In this document: in pieces, positions 13,408 to 26,124 of the stretch
Layout: the number at the start of each line of letters is the position of its first letter
How positions within the stretch are numbered: position 1 is the stretch's first letter
Source: Octopus bimaculoides
Taxonomy: Eukaryota
Length of the DNA: 64,000 bases
Direction of reading: 5' to 3'
NCBI RefSeq assembly: GCF_001194135.2
Contig: NC_068982.1
Span: forward strand, 113,437,485-113,501,484
Translations under genes and position numbers: made by a program
Notes under the pieces: generated by a model
Seen by the model: the letters and a program-made list of their open reading frames with translations, nothing else
Databases searched by the model: none
What the model was told of the DNA's origin: nothing

Positions 13408-14430
13408 TCTGAATTTCTTTATTGGCCACACAGGGCCTAACACAGAAGGGACAAACAAGGACAGGCAAAATACAAAAGTGGGGAAAAATAAAATCGAACA
13501 AAAAGAATGGTAATGATAAATGAAAAAGTAGAACGACGTCAACTCGAAACCCACACTTCAGATAATGTCATTAAACATTTTTAGAAAGAGTTTTTCAACA
13601 GTTAATTTATTTTTGTCTTTTTGTTCTTGCTGTGAGTTGCTTGTGTTGTATATTCAGTGTTTTTTTTGCGGGGTGGGGGTTTAACTTTTTTTGCTGTCTG
13701 TGTTTGTAATGTTTTTGTCTGCGTTTGTATCTGTTCCTGTGCGTTTATTATTTGTGTGTTACCTGTGCTGTATATTCACAGTTTTTTGGGGGGATGGCTT
13801 TTTTCCCTTCTGCTGTCTGCGTTTCTATCTGTTTTTGTGCATTCGTTTTTAAGCTTTTTGTGTTTCCTCGAGGAAGAGAACGAGAACTCTTTTTTTCCTC
13901 TTCCTCCCTGCAACTGACCATTCCTTCTCACTTACTTCTGTAGATGTGGACGTTCCAGCTTCCTTCGGTGCGCAATTCTCCTTCTCCACTGTCTTCTCCA
14001 CCTCTTTCTGCTTCTCTTTCTCCTCAGCTGGAGCTTTCTCGTGAGGCTTCTCTTGCTGTTCCATTTGTTCATCCTTTTTTTTTTCTTTTTGCTTCATGTT
14101 GAAAGGTTTGGGGGCACGTTTTCTTTATGTTCTCCTTCAGTCCGCACTTGAAACATCTTGGTATTCTTCTCTGGACCGAGACTCTCAGTTTTGTCTCATC
14201 CGGTAAAATTATAAATTCTGGAATTTCATCTAGTTCTGCTGGTGTGGCTTGAATTGTCGCCCGAAGACTCCCGCCACACCAGTTCTATACTTTTTTCTCC
14301 TCTGTACTTTTTTTCTCCTGATTTTGGAGTAAGCGGCTGCCAAAAGCCACGCCGATCTAATATCCCATCCTCCGACATAATTATCTCTCCTCTTTTCATC
14401 GCCTCAACTGTGCCTTAACTTCCCCACAAA
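13408..14430 (-). mobile_element. Tx1/L1-clade non-LTR derivative: gag-like ORF1 fragment joined to a 3' terminus, no ORF2
   Basis: Minus strand reads NWCGGSLRATIQATPAELDEIPEFIILPDETKLRVSVQRRIPRCFKCGLKENIKKTCP (C-x2-C-x4-[N for H]-x4-C knuckle), then a K/E-rich tail, then a 3' end ccctgtgtggccAATAAAagaa. Confidence 0.65.
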
Positions 14431-14439
14431 CAAGGACTT

Positions 14440-17400
14440 AATTGAAAGACTGTCATCTGACCAAATCACACGAAGGCCTGAAGATATACGAAATGCTAAT
14501 GAACTTGATACAAGTAGCAGGAAAATGATAAAGGAACAGTATTTGAAGACCACACATTTGCTGAAGAACACGAAAGTCTACAGTGGAAATGAAGCAGAAA
14601 AATCTGAATGAGCCTGCAGTTAGTTGTAAAACCTACAAGTATGAATGATAGAGAACTACTTCATAAACTATCAAATACAAATGAAAATAAAAAAGAACAC
14701 AAACAAATTAAGACTGGCAACTACGTAACAAAAAATCATACAAGAATTAAAACCTGCTTTTACTGAATTAAAATTATTTACGCATTTGCTAAGGCAACTG
14801 AAATTAGTTGTATACCTTCAAGAAACAAAGAAAACCAAATCTGGGAAGAAATCCAAACCGGAGAAGTAAAGTTGAAAATAAATTTAATTAATGAGAGATT
14901 AAATATCTATATTAAATGAACTAATTCGTAGAAATTATGTAAGATCCACAAAAGGAAGAAAGACGAAGATAAAATATGGATTTTCATCAAAAGAAGAGCA
15001 ACAAAAGATTCACTCGGAGATTTCAGTAAAGAAACAACTTTTACAAGCAAAATAAGGTATTCATCCAATACCGAAATGTTCTATAGAGAAATGGAGAGGG
15101 AAAATAACCATTGAAGACCCCACTTCCATGGAAAAAGCTGAAACTTTTGGAAACACATTTGAATTAATGAGAAAGCATAGAATGAAAGAGGAAACTGGAT
15201 TAGTTGCACAGAAGGATCCTGTCAAAGTTTACAAGATCAAGCATGGAAAACATCTCAGTAGATCTAAGTATGAAACTCACGAAGGTAAATAAATGGAAAT
15301 CCCCTGGTAAAGACAGGACGTCGAATTTCTGGCTCGCATCGCTCCCGTGCGCACATGAAAAGTTAGTCCAGCTGTTAAGTGTAATTATGAGAGATCCAGA
15401 GGAAAGCACATAACTTGTTAGCAAGTGGTATTACTTACCTACTCCTAAAGAATAATGAAACCAAAGTTCAAAAATTTATCGGCCCATAACCTCTTTATCC
15501 ACCACTTGTAAAATTTAACATCTATTCTTGTGGAGGAAACATATGCGTTTGTGGAAGAGAACAATATTGTCCCCGTTGAATAAAAAAAAAAGCACAAATG
15601 GATGCAAGGATCAATTTCTAATTAATCGCATGATTCTTTAAAAATGTTAAAACAAACACAGAAATATCAGTTCCGCATGGATTAATTACAAAAACGCATT
15701 TGACAATATATGGCATTCATGGATCTTAAAATAACCGGACATCTTTAAAATTACTCCTGTAATTTTAAACTCGCTGAAGCACAATACGTTATTGTGGAAA
15801 ACGAATCTCTTGTTGCATTATTTTAATGGAGTAACTAGTTTCAAACAATATCAATATCAACTGTGGCAGTTTCCAATTGAACTCACTTCACTTCTGAGTT
15901 TCTGCATAGCTTATAGAACTTAACAGAACAGGGTATATATATAAAATTGACAAGAAAATAAGTCATCTACTTTATATGGATGAATTTAAACTCTATAGCA
16001 AAAGCAATGATGAGCCTGAAGATCTATTACGTACTGTGAAAGCATACAGTGACTGGTCTTGATAAGTGTGTCAAAGCCATTTTCCAGAAAAGGAAATTGA
16101 AGACTTCAAATTCAGTAGCGTTAGTTGTTGGCACAGTTATTAAAAAACTTGAGCATGAATAAACTAAAAAATACCGAGGAATAAATGAAAGCTCTGGCAG
16201 TCATCATGCAAGCATGAAAGAGAGGATCAGGAGAATTCGGACAGTTCCAAAATTTTAGCTAAACGCACATAACAATGTGTTAGCTATAAATTCCTTAGCA
16301 TCTGTAGTTGCTACATATAGCTTTAGTGTGCTGAAATGGAATATCAGTGAAATAAAGAAAATTGATAGAAAAATACGTAAGCTGCTGACCTGTAATAAAA
16401 TACACCACCTAAAGGCAGACGTCGATCATTTTTACCTTCCCAGATCTCAGGGAGGTCGAGGTTGATCCAATTTGAAATTTCTTACAAAAACACTACAACT
16501 GGACTGACCAAACATTTTGAAACAACTGGATGTTAAATCGCATTGAAAATCACGAGAGGCGTAAGAAACTTTATTCTATGTCGAAGGAGAGCAAAAAAAC
16601 ATTGCTATTGAGTTCATGCATGATACCAGGAATTATGTCAAAGGAAGTAAATTTTAATGGTAAAGAAAAAAGCGCATGAACAATTGGTTAGTAGCTAGGA
16701 ACAGAAAACCTTACATGGCAAATGTGTGGCTCGTAGCAAACAATCTGATGTTGACCAGTAGCATACCCATCAGCGGCTACAAAGCTTAGGACTAAAGACA
16801 GAGACTGACGGCTTCATCTTAGCTGCTCAAGGTCAAAGCTTATTGACTATCAAGCCAATGTGAGGAAAAATAGAGTAGATCCAAAGTGCCGACTTTGGAA
16901 TGATTAAAGCATGGACCATTTAGTTGCTGGATATAAAGTTTTAGAACTAGTGGAATATAAATCAAGACATGACTGAGTTGGACAATATCTACACTGGTTA
17001 ACATATCGGCATTTTAAAATCAAAACTGTTGACAAGTGGTATAAGCACCACTCTGAAATTGTTACTGGTGGTAAATGTAATGACTCTTTGGGACTTTCCA
17101 GTACATACAGACACAACCATTAAAGCTAATAAACTGTATATTGTTGTAAAATACCAAAATGATAAAGTATGTTTATTGATTGACATGTGTATTCCTTGTG
17201 ATCATAAACCATCGGCAAAAGAATTTAACAAGCTCAGAAAATATACAGAGATTTGCTCATTGAAATCGAAGAAATGTGGTATCTCAAGATAGTTACAATA
17301 GAAGTGATAGTAGGAACGTTAGGAATGATAAAAAAAAGGAACTAAAATTTGTCTGGAAATTATCCCTGGCTTACCATCCCTGCAAGAAATGCGAAAGATT

Positions 17401-17637
17401 CTTTTAACTGGTGCATCATACATATTGAGAAGAGCATTGTCGCTGTTAGAACGATTACCACTCATGTAAATAATTTTTTCTACATAACTTCATTTGGTTT
17501 TTGGTGTATTCATTTTTTAATGGCTTATTAATGTAGTGAGTTTATTTGCCCTAGGTGTCGGAAACACATTCGGCAAGATATGGCAACAGAATTGAAAGAA
17601 GAAAAAAAGATTAATATTAATAATAATAAGAATAATT
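14440..17637 (+). mobile_element. Near full-length decayed R4/Dong-clade (RLE-type) non-LTR retrotransposon
   Basis: KWKSPGKDRTSNFWL (15290s); FYMDEFKLY (YMDD-like, about 15975); KIHHLKADVDHFYLPRSQGGRG; degenerate CCHC (PKCRL..DHLVAG); RLE region TLWDFPVHTDTTIKANK..LLIDMCIP. Ends in short TAA repeats. The 5' boundary is uncertain. Confidence 0.9.
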
Positions 17638-17638
17638 A

Positions 17639-17696
<58 letters not shown>
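17638..17696. repeat. (TTA)n microsatellite running into an assembly gap (N 17697-18008)
   Basis: Seen directly. Confidence 0.95.
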
Positions 17697-18008
17697 NNNN
17701 NNNNNNNNNNNNNNNNNNNNNNNNNNNNNNNNNNNNNNNNNNNNNNNNNNNNNNNNNNNNNNNNNNNNNNNNNNNNNNNNNNNNNNNNNNNNNNNNNNNN
17801 NNNNNNNNNNNNNNNNNNNNNNNNNNNNNNNNNNNNNNNNNNNNNNNNNNNNNNNNNNNNNNNNNNNNNNNNNNNNNNNNNNNNNNNNNNNNNNNNNNNN
17901 NNNNNNNNNNNNNNNNNNNNNNNNNNNNNNNNNNNNNNNNNNNNNNNNNNNNNNNNNNNNNNNNNNNNNNNNNNNNNNNNNNNNNNNNNNNNNNNNNNNN
18001 NNNNNNNN

Positions 18009-18345
18009 AGTATCACTCAAATACTGGATGTCGATGATATCGACTTATTCCTTCTCCCAAAAGTTTAGACCTTGTGTTTACATTAGAAAGAATTATTTGT
18101 TGGTGAATTAGTGGAATTGTTAAAGCGTCAGAAAATATGTTTTTAATATTTTTTCTTGCTCTTTACATTCTGAGTTCAAATCCCACCGAAATCAACCTAA
18201 TTCCAACGATTTATTTCTTGAGTTCAAATACCGCCGTGATCAGTATTGCTTTTCATCTCTCAGCGCTTGATAAAATAAAGTACGAGTCAAGTACTGGAGT
18301 CGATGATATCGACTTAATCTATCTCCTCAAAATTGCTTGCTCTAT
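18009..18345 (+). mobile_element. Two fragments of the SINE family seen at 38032 and 40705
   Basis: tactggatgtcgatgatatcgactt..ccttgtg..tagaaagaattatt, plus repeated ctgagttcaaat B-box heads. Confidence 0.7.
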
Positions 18346-19732
18346 CTGTGATTATTGCCACTGTATTTTCTGTTGAAACCTTATCTTCATTGAATATTCT
18401 TTTAAGGATATTGATTCTGGTTTGATTCAATGTTCACATTGCCCATTTGGTAAATCACATGGAAAAATCAGTGAAGTTACAACTTTCCAGGTTTCTCTCC
18501 TTGCATATAGTATTTCTATCTCATCAAAATGCATTTAATAGATCAATATTCTGCGAAGAATTTATATCTAATAACGATGTATATAATTGGAAGATAGTAG
18601 ACGTTTGGATAAATGTTGCGTTGCAAGCCGACGCGACAAACGGATATTAATTTAATTGTAGTTTAACAGACAATGATTAGATAATTTTATATCACTTCAG
18701 CTAGAAAGTGGTTGAATAACTTCTGTTAGACAGTGACGTTGGTTGAAATGAAATGTGTAAACAGCATAAGTCTGATATCTTATATTCTGTTTAAAATAAA
18801 TATGACAGCTTATTTTGTAATCTTCTACAATATGATGATTCGTGTTGTTCGTTTAAAAGCACTCTGACCTCACGAATAATCTACAGAGTTTATTTCACTT
18901 AAGTTGGTGCAATCTACTTTCAATGTGTTGATATTTTAACTTTGTATTTCATGTGATGGCATCTTTCGGTTATTTTTTAAGCGAGTTTTCTACGAGAACG
19001 TATGTACAGTAATATATATTTAGTAAATCTTTCATCGTCACTCCGATGCATGTGGTCAGAGTTAGACCGAAGCATATTCGACATTGTCTTCCTTGCTTAC
19101 TATAAAACATGACAATATTATTTTTCATTAACCAATCTTTTTATTTTATTTCTTCACCGCATAATTATTTCTACATACGTACTTTGATTCTCCAAGTATT
19201 TAGTATGTTAACATTAACTGATATGCAGTTCTCTTACTGAAGATGTCTTAAAATTTATTCCGTTTGATGTAGACTTGTTTTCACTTATGTTTAAAGATTT
19301 ACAATTGATGATAGTAATACCTCTGTGTGTCCGGTTAGGAAAAAATTAAATTATATATAAAATGGAAATTCTAACCTTAGCTTACTATTAATTTTAGTAG
19401 AATAGATGAAAAGTATTTTTTTATTTACGGACAGAACATTAAAATAGATAGTGAGATAATAATGGAGAACGCATAAACAAGGAAGCATAACACCTCCACT
19501 CAATGAGAATTATTAATGGAGCATAAATTGTTCATATTGAAATAGCTTTATAATTAACATCTGAAATGTTTTTAAATTAAATATTCAACCTTAAAGTAGA
19601 GAAATATCGGAAAAAATAAGCTATTCCAGAAAATTAACGCTTAAAAGTTTTATTTCTATATATAATACTTGAGAATTTAGTATAACCTTGCGAATATCTA
19701 GTATATATGAATTATATGACCGGTCAATTCAT

Positions 19733-19823
<91 letters not shown>

Positions 19824-19836
19824 TAGATAGATAGAT

Positions 19837-19871
<35 letters not shown>

Positions 19872-19978
19872 CATACATACATACATACATACATACATAC
19901 ATACATACATGCATGCATGCATACATACATACATACATACATACATACATACATACATACATACATACATACATACAT
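19733..19978. repeat. Compound (GATA)n-(CATA)n tetranucleotide microsatellite
   Basis: Seen directly. Confidence 0.97.
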
Positions 19979-21242
19979 AGAAACATAAACACTCACAGAT
20001 ACACATGCATATATATATATATAATGAAACGAAATATAAATAATCAAAATTATTCATTTTCAGAAAGTGGGTGGGGATGCAACCGCTGAAAGCAAAATGA
20101 TCACTTATTTCATCAAGTACATCATCTTTCTTTTAGATCGATTGTTGCAAGGAGTCATACGACCCCTAACAGCAATCAATCTCATATTTACTTTCAGTCA
20201 AAATAATAGTAGTATTAACGCGTTGTTCTAGGAAAGGAAAGATGGCGGGAGCTTTGTTCGTTTGATTTCTAATGTTATATAAAATCAGCAGGTAAAAATC
20301 ACCGAAATAACGAGGAAAACAACATGATTAACTATAAAGAGGAGCATAATTGGAGGTATCTTCCTAATATTACTTCAAACATAATAGCATTCAGGTTAAA
20401 GTCTGCCAGTCTTTATTTGAAGAAAGGAAATGTCCTTACTACATATCTAATTTAGAATTCGTTTCTTTATCGATCTCATTCAGTAACCATTTGACTCCAT
20501 TCAAATTTTGTCCATTATACGCAATTCTCGAAATTGCACATTAAATTCTTATTTTTTTCTTACTTTCATGTTTTTGGAAGAGACTGTTTTCAGTATATGA
20601 AAAAGTAAATCAATCGGTAGATTTATTAGACGAAGATGTTAAGATTATTTCAAATTATGTTGGATTATCTGAATCAATTCTCATCATTCAACTTTTCTGC
20701 CAAATATATATTCTCCAATGACTTCATATTCTTCACCAAACCTTTCCTTTCCCTTTTTCTGTTTTTTCCCCCCTAAATCCCGACTGAAGCCTACCAAACT
20801 GTTCTTAACAATCTTACTCAATCCAACCGTAGCACTTTTTTAAACTCCAATTTTCTTCAATGCCATTTTGATGTTAATTATCTTTTATTGACTTGTTCTC
20901 GCCAAACCTACCATTTTCTTCTAAAGCTGAACCGTCCAACAAAGAGAGTAGAGGTTATTATAATGTGCACACTGATGATTACTACTTTCCCTTGATAAAG
21001 ATGCAAAAACCATATCTTTTCTTTGATTTATTGATTTTGTTTTGACAATATATCATCTAAGTGATAAATATCTACGATAACTGATACTTCTAGCAATCAA
21101 ACATACATCCATTTTCTCACGCTTTCTTTCTCCTCTTTCTCTTCTCTCTCTTCTCTCTTTCTCTCTTCATATTTCTCTCTCACTCACTCACACGCTCTCT
21201 CTCTCTCGCTCTCACTCACATGCTCTCGCTCTCACTCACATG

Positions 21243-21301
<59 letters not shown>

Positions 21302-21619
21302 ACCTACCATTATATTTATTTCAGATTTAAACTTGTGTATCGAACGTGTATCTCTTGATTCCCCGACACCAAAAACAGAACGAAAGAAATGTTCCAATAA
21401 AATCGACCAATTAACTTTCCTTTGAAGTTTATTTTCTCTTGACTTTAGAAAGACTCTGCCTATCCAACGCTAAGTAAACACTGTGTGTGTGTGTCTCTGT
21501 GTGTGTGTTTGTTTATTTATGTGTCTTTGTGTTTGTGTGTATGTGTTTCTGTGTGCGTGCATGTGAATGTGAGCCTGTCCATGTAATGTATACGTGTGTG
21601 TGTGTAGCTATATATGGAA

Positions 21620-21870
21620 GTGTACTTATGCAAAAATATATTACATTTGCATTCGGGCACAATTTGGCGTTGGTAGTAATATTGTTTGGAGGTTCGGAGT
21701 TTGATGTCATTGTGCGACACGTTGGGCAACTGGTATCTGTTATGACCTCGGGTTGATTCAAGCCTTCTGACTGAAACTGGATGAACAGAAACAGTGCAGA
21801 AGCTAGTCAAATAAACCCAACCGGTATCACATCTCCCCTACGAAGATGAGAGACATTGACATTCCTCTTC
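21620..21870 (-). mobile_element. CR1-like LINE ORF2 C-terminal fragment
   Basis: Minus strand LRRGDVIP followed by STRGHNRYQL...RTSKQYYYQRQIVPEC matches the CR1 pattern RRxRGDLI...TRGH..KL...FFSQRVVxxW. Confidence 0.6.
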
Positions 21871-23009
21871 TAAATGATGCACTTACAACGTAAATTTCGT
21901 AAAGGTCTTAGTACATCTGAAGTTGGCTTTTAACTAATAAAATTTAGTTCTAATGAAAACTAGAGAAGAAATAAGTTTCCTCCTGGATAGAACTCTGGTC
22001 TATCATAGGTAGCATTCTACGTGGTTTTGTATCTATTTCGTTTAACATAGTTAAATATAAGAACACATTTATAATAAAGCTATTAAAACTCTTGTAGTAG
22101 ATTTACACTCACACCCTAGTGGCAGTTTTTCACAAAGATATATCCACATGACTATTTCACCTGTAGCATGTTAGTATAACTAAATCGATTAAGTTTCGGA
22201 AAATGCCATTCAAATAATATTTCAGTGAACGATTACAAATAGGTTTAAAGTTTCGCTGATTTTTTTTTTCTTTTATCGCAGTAGTTGTTTCATTGAAAAC
22301 GATTTTTGCATTTTAAATCAGGAACAATTTTAACTTAAGAATGTGGAAAATACTAAAATCCTCACAAAATAGACCTATTCTTTGGATAGATACGCTTTTC
22401 AAATATGTTTCTCATAGCCTATTGTACGATGAATGATATGCATTTACCTTTAGGGTTCAATAATATAACGTATTCTACACATGTTATTTTCTGTTCTCTT
22501 CTGAATCTGTTTTTTATGCAGTCATTACATGCATGTACATTCAATGGTTAAGTATAGAAAATGAATATTTTAAAATGTTCGAGATTAGTTTGAATCATGT
22601 TTCAGCAATTCCAACAGTATGTGCTGCAAAAATTATTTGCATACTCAAGATTTTGAACTTACTCAAGTAACTCAATCTTCAAAATTATATATCTACAAAA
22701 TTGATAAATATTTCCTTCAAACAATCGAGATATTTTGAAACTATTTGTAGTTATGCAATTACATACAGAACTGAATTATAATCAATTATATTATGAATCC
22801 CGGAGCAGGTGCGTTTCTGGATAAAGTATGACATTTTAAACACACATAGTTTTGTATCTTTACTTCATTAGCATTTGTAATATGCATTAATTTTCTTCAA
22901 ACATTAAGATGATCAAAGTTAATAGAATCTCAGATGGTTAGGTCATTAGAAGTAGAATCTCAGATTCAGGACTCATTTATGGTCAAAACTATTCCACTCC
23001 AGTTATGCA

Positions 23010-23330
23010 AATAATGCCCGTTAAGAAGGCATGAATGTTGCAACATCTAGTCACCGGATTTACAATCATGAGGTAATTAGTTCGATTCCCGGACCGGGCT
23101 GTGTGTTGTGTTCTTGAGCAAGGCAGTTATTTCACATTGCTCCAGTTCAATCAGCTGCAGAAACGAGTTGTGACGTCACTAGTGCCAAGCTGTATCGGCC
23201 TTTGGCTTTCCGGTGGCATGGAGAGAAGAGGCTGATATGCATGGTCAACAACCTTGTCCGCTCTTGTACCTCGGAGGTAATTTTTGTAGGTGCAATCCCA
23301 TGCTCATTCATGACCGAAGGGGGTCTTTAC
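23010..23330 (+). mobile_element. tRNA-derived SINE (second family)
   Basis: B-box gttcgattccc, then gttcttgagcaagg..ttatttcacattgctccagttca..cagctg, a CORE-like central segment, ending gaccgaagggggtctttacccttta before a TA/TATG tail. Confidence 0.75.
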
Positions 23331-23342
23331 CCTTTATGTATG

Positions 23343-23381
<39 letters not shown>

Positions 23382-23899
23382 AGAAGTCACCAAAAACACA
23401 AAAGACGAAGACAGGTGGTGTAGAAAACAAAAAGATGTATTAGTATAACGCTCGAGAATTGAAAAAGTCTTTAACGTTTCGAGCCTGAGTGGAAATGTGC
23501 CTAAGTATTCGCCACCAATTACAACACATGTTTTATATCTTCACAAATAGAACTGTTAATATTTGGAAATTAACTAGGAAACCTATTCACTAATTCAAAC
23601 GACTTAGTCAGACAAAAGAAGAAAGGGCGAAAAACAGGTCTCTGCTCAATACCTTTTCTTTTTAGTTCACAAGTGAAAAATATTGTGATTGGCTACTCGC
23701 TCAACGTGATGAGATTTGAGAAGGGATATTCCAAACAGGTTAAATATACCCATCAAAAATAATTCTGTTTAATATCTCCCTACAACACACTAAATTTTAA
23801 TGCCTCAAAAATATAACTTTCCTATGTCCAATACCATCAGCAATGGGTCCTTCCAGTATTGAGGAACTGTATCATTTTCACGCAGATTATCAATAAGAT

Positions 23900-25600
23900 T
23901 ATGTAAAAGATCTAGGTTCCTAGTTACTCCTAATTGAAGTACTTTTACTTGAGTACCATCAACATCAATAGCTTTTCCTGGGTGCTACAGGCAACATATA
24001 ATCTACTACAGCATGTTACATTGTCGGGATTTCAGCAACTAAACCACGGCCCACTGCCTCCAAGCTAGAACGTAAAAGAAGAAACAAAGCAAGACCCATG
24101 AAAGGAAAATATGAACCAAACATATAAGCAACTATCTAGAAATACAATGTAGGGATTTAGAAGTTTACGAGACGGTAAACGAACAAGCTGATAATCCAAT
24201 AAATATGTAATGATTTGCTGAAGTAAGCAAATTGCACGACTACTGAAATTGCAGATTACATGAGAGTTTGAGATCTTGGTATATGAAAGGCCTTGATGTT
24301 GATTTTAGCTGCTGTATTGCAAAATTAAATGAGCAGTTGTAACTTTCTTTGACAGTATTTTTTTTTAATAATCTACGGTGTTGGTCGTACTTTTGGTGAA
24401 GGAACTTTTGTACGAAAATGAAAATATACTTGCGAGGATTTTAAAAACTAAAACTGCAGTGTAGTTGGACCGTAGTAATTTGCATGCAGTGTGTTCGTTG
24501 TTGTTTGGGTTGCTTGTGATGCGCATTGTGTGCTAGTTTTCATACTTTAAACTCTGCTTAGCATCAACGTGTCGTCATAATTCTGAGAGGTTCTGGTCAA
24601 TTTTTTATCGGATAATATGTTTGAATAGTGTTGATGATGTTCTTAGATGGCCTTTTAATGGTGTGAAGTTGGTGGTTTGAGTTTTTTTTTTAATACACAA
24701 TAGCATTTCTTTGAGTTTTCTGAAGGGTTGGAACTACTACTCTCTAAAGTAGGAATATCATCATTGACACCTTAGCAGAACTAGAGTTAAGACTAGTACA
24801 AGAAATATCTGAAAGTCCAACGTTTAACTTTGTTTCTGGTATTAGTCTTGGATCTAGTTCTTCTAAGGTTTCAATGATAATCTTCCTACCTTAATCCAAC
24901 TAATAACAGTTTATCTTTAGTGATATTATGAGCTTGTTGTCGCGATAAAAGTAACAAAGATTTACTATTTTGTGCTTAGTATGTATATAGTATGAACAAT
25001 TTTCCTGTTGAATTTCGTTACCCATCCTTATGTCAAAGAATATATGGTTGCCTTTTCCAATCCTTATGACCTCTTCAAAGGTTTTCGAGCCGTAAATAGT
25101 ATGATTTCTCGGTTTCTGTACGTGTTTGTTAATATTGCTGCAGAGAAATATTTTGCAAGTTGTCATTTATCTGTTATTTTTTGTTTTATTTTATTCAACA
25201 GTAAAAACATGTTTTTTTTCTATTTTATTTATATATTTTTGAGCCTTTGAATCTTTGCTAATATTGCCCTTGAAAATCTAAAAGAAGTTGTTATTATAAG
25301 TTTTAAAACTTGCACTAATAACTGTATTGAAAAGCGTGGATTCGAACTGGTTCAATATTTCGTATGGCTTTGGATCTTAAAGCCTAAGTTGTATTTCAAA
25401 GATAGATTTAAAATGCTACTTTTTTTTTTCAAAAAACAAAACAGCTCTTCTTACGTCATTCATCTAGCGATATCTTCAGTTTGCTTGATGAGATGCTTGA
25501 TATATGGCTTCTTTCCTGGGATGGGTACGTTTCTATTTGCAAATCCAATTTGATGTTGCTTCACAATTCATCTGGAGAGTGATTGATATTTAGAGAAAGA
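23900..25600 (-). mobile_element. Decayed, internally deleted Penelope-like element (GIY-YIG type)
   Basis: Minus strand: N-terminal RNVPIPGKKPYIKHLIKQTEDIAR*M (cf. KNIPIP..YxKxLIEKxESxIxRMRW), LNQFESTLFN, YDDTLMLS, KKNTVKESYNC (cf. RNTVKVSYSC), YIFIGLS (YIG) and QEKLLML. Most of the RT core is missing. Confidence 0.65.
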
Positions 25601-25839
25601 AATAATACGATACAGGAGAGGGGAGTACACTAGATTGAGAGTGTGATACTAGCGGGATAGTAACTAAGTTACGGTGACGTAAGTTATAATCTGATACAAA
25701 CACTTCATATTAATTCATGTCGGAGATTCTCCTGTCGTCTACGACACGAGAAGGCTTGCTGATCAACCGGACAGATTATTTTTTGCGATCAAATATTTCT
25801 GCTGTATATTAGCTCTCTCCCTCTATTAAAAATACATTG

Positions 25840-25980
25840 TCAGATGTCAACGATTTCGAAGAGTAAAACGAGATGAAGTGTTTTGCTGAATAACACAACG
25901 CAGCACTTGGTCCTGGAATCAAAACCACGATTTCACGATCGTGAATGCAACTCCCTAAGCAGAATGCACACTCTCTTACT
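25840..25980 (-). mobile_element. SINE 5' fragment related to the copy at 23010
   Basis: Reverse complement reads ..gtggttttgattccaggacc..gcgttgtgttattcagcaaaacactt. Confidence 0.6.
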
Positions 25981-26124
25981 TTCATACATACATACATACA
26001 TACATACATACAAACATACATACATACATGTATACATGTATACATACATACATGTATACATACATACATGTATACATACATACATGTATGTATACATGTA
26101 TGTATGTATGTATGTATGTATGCA

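Noticed and set aside
21645-21776. Apparent 132-nt minus-strand exon ending IVPECKC (noggin or cystine-knot-like)
   Set aside because: The upstream LRRGDVI and the TRGH motif identify it as a CR1 ORF2 C-terminus, and the donor is weak.
23376-23490. Penelope-terminus-like fragment with CGAAAC on the minus strand, suggesting a hammerhead ribozyme
   Set aside because: The CTGANGA half of the catalytic core is missing.
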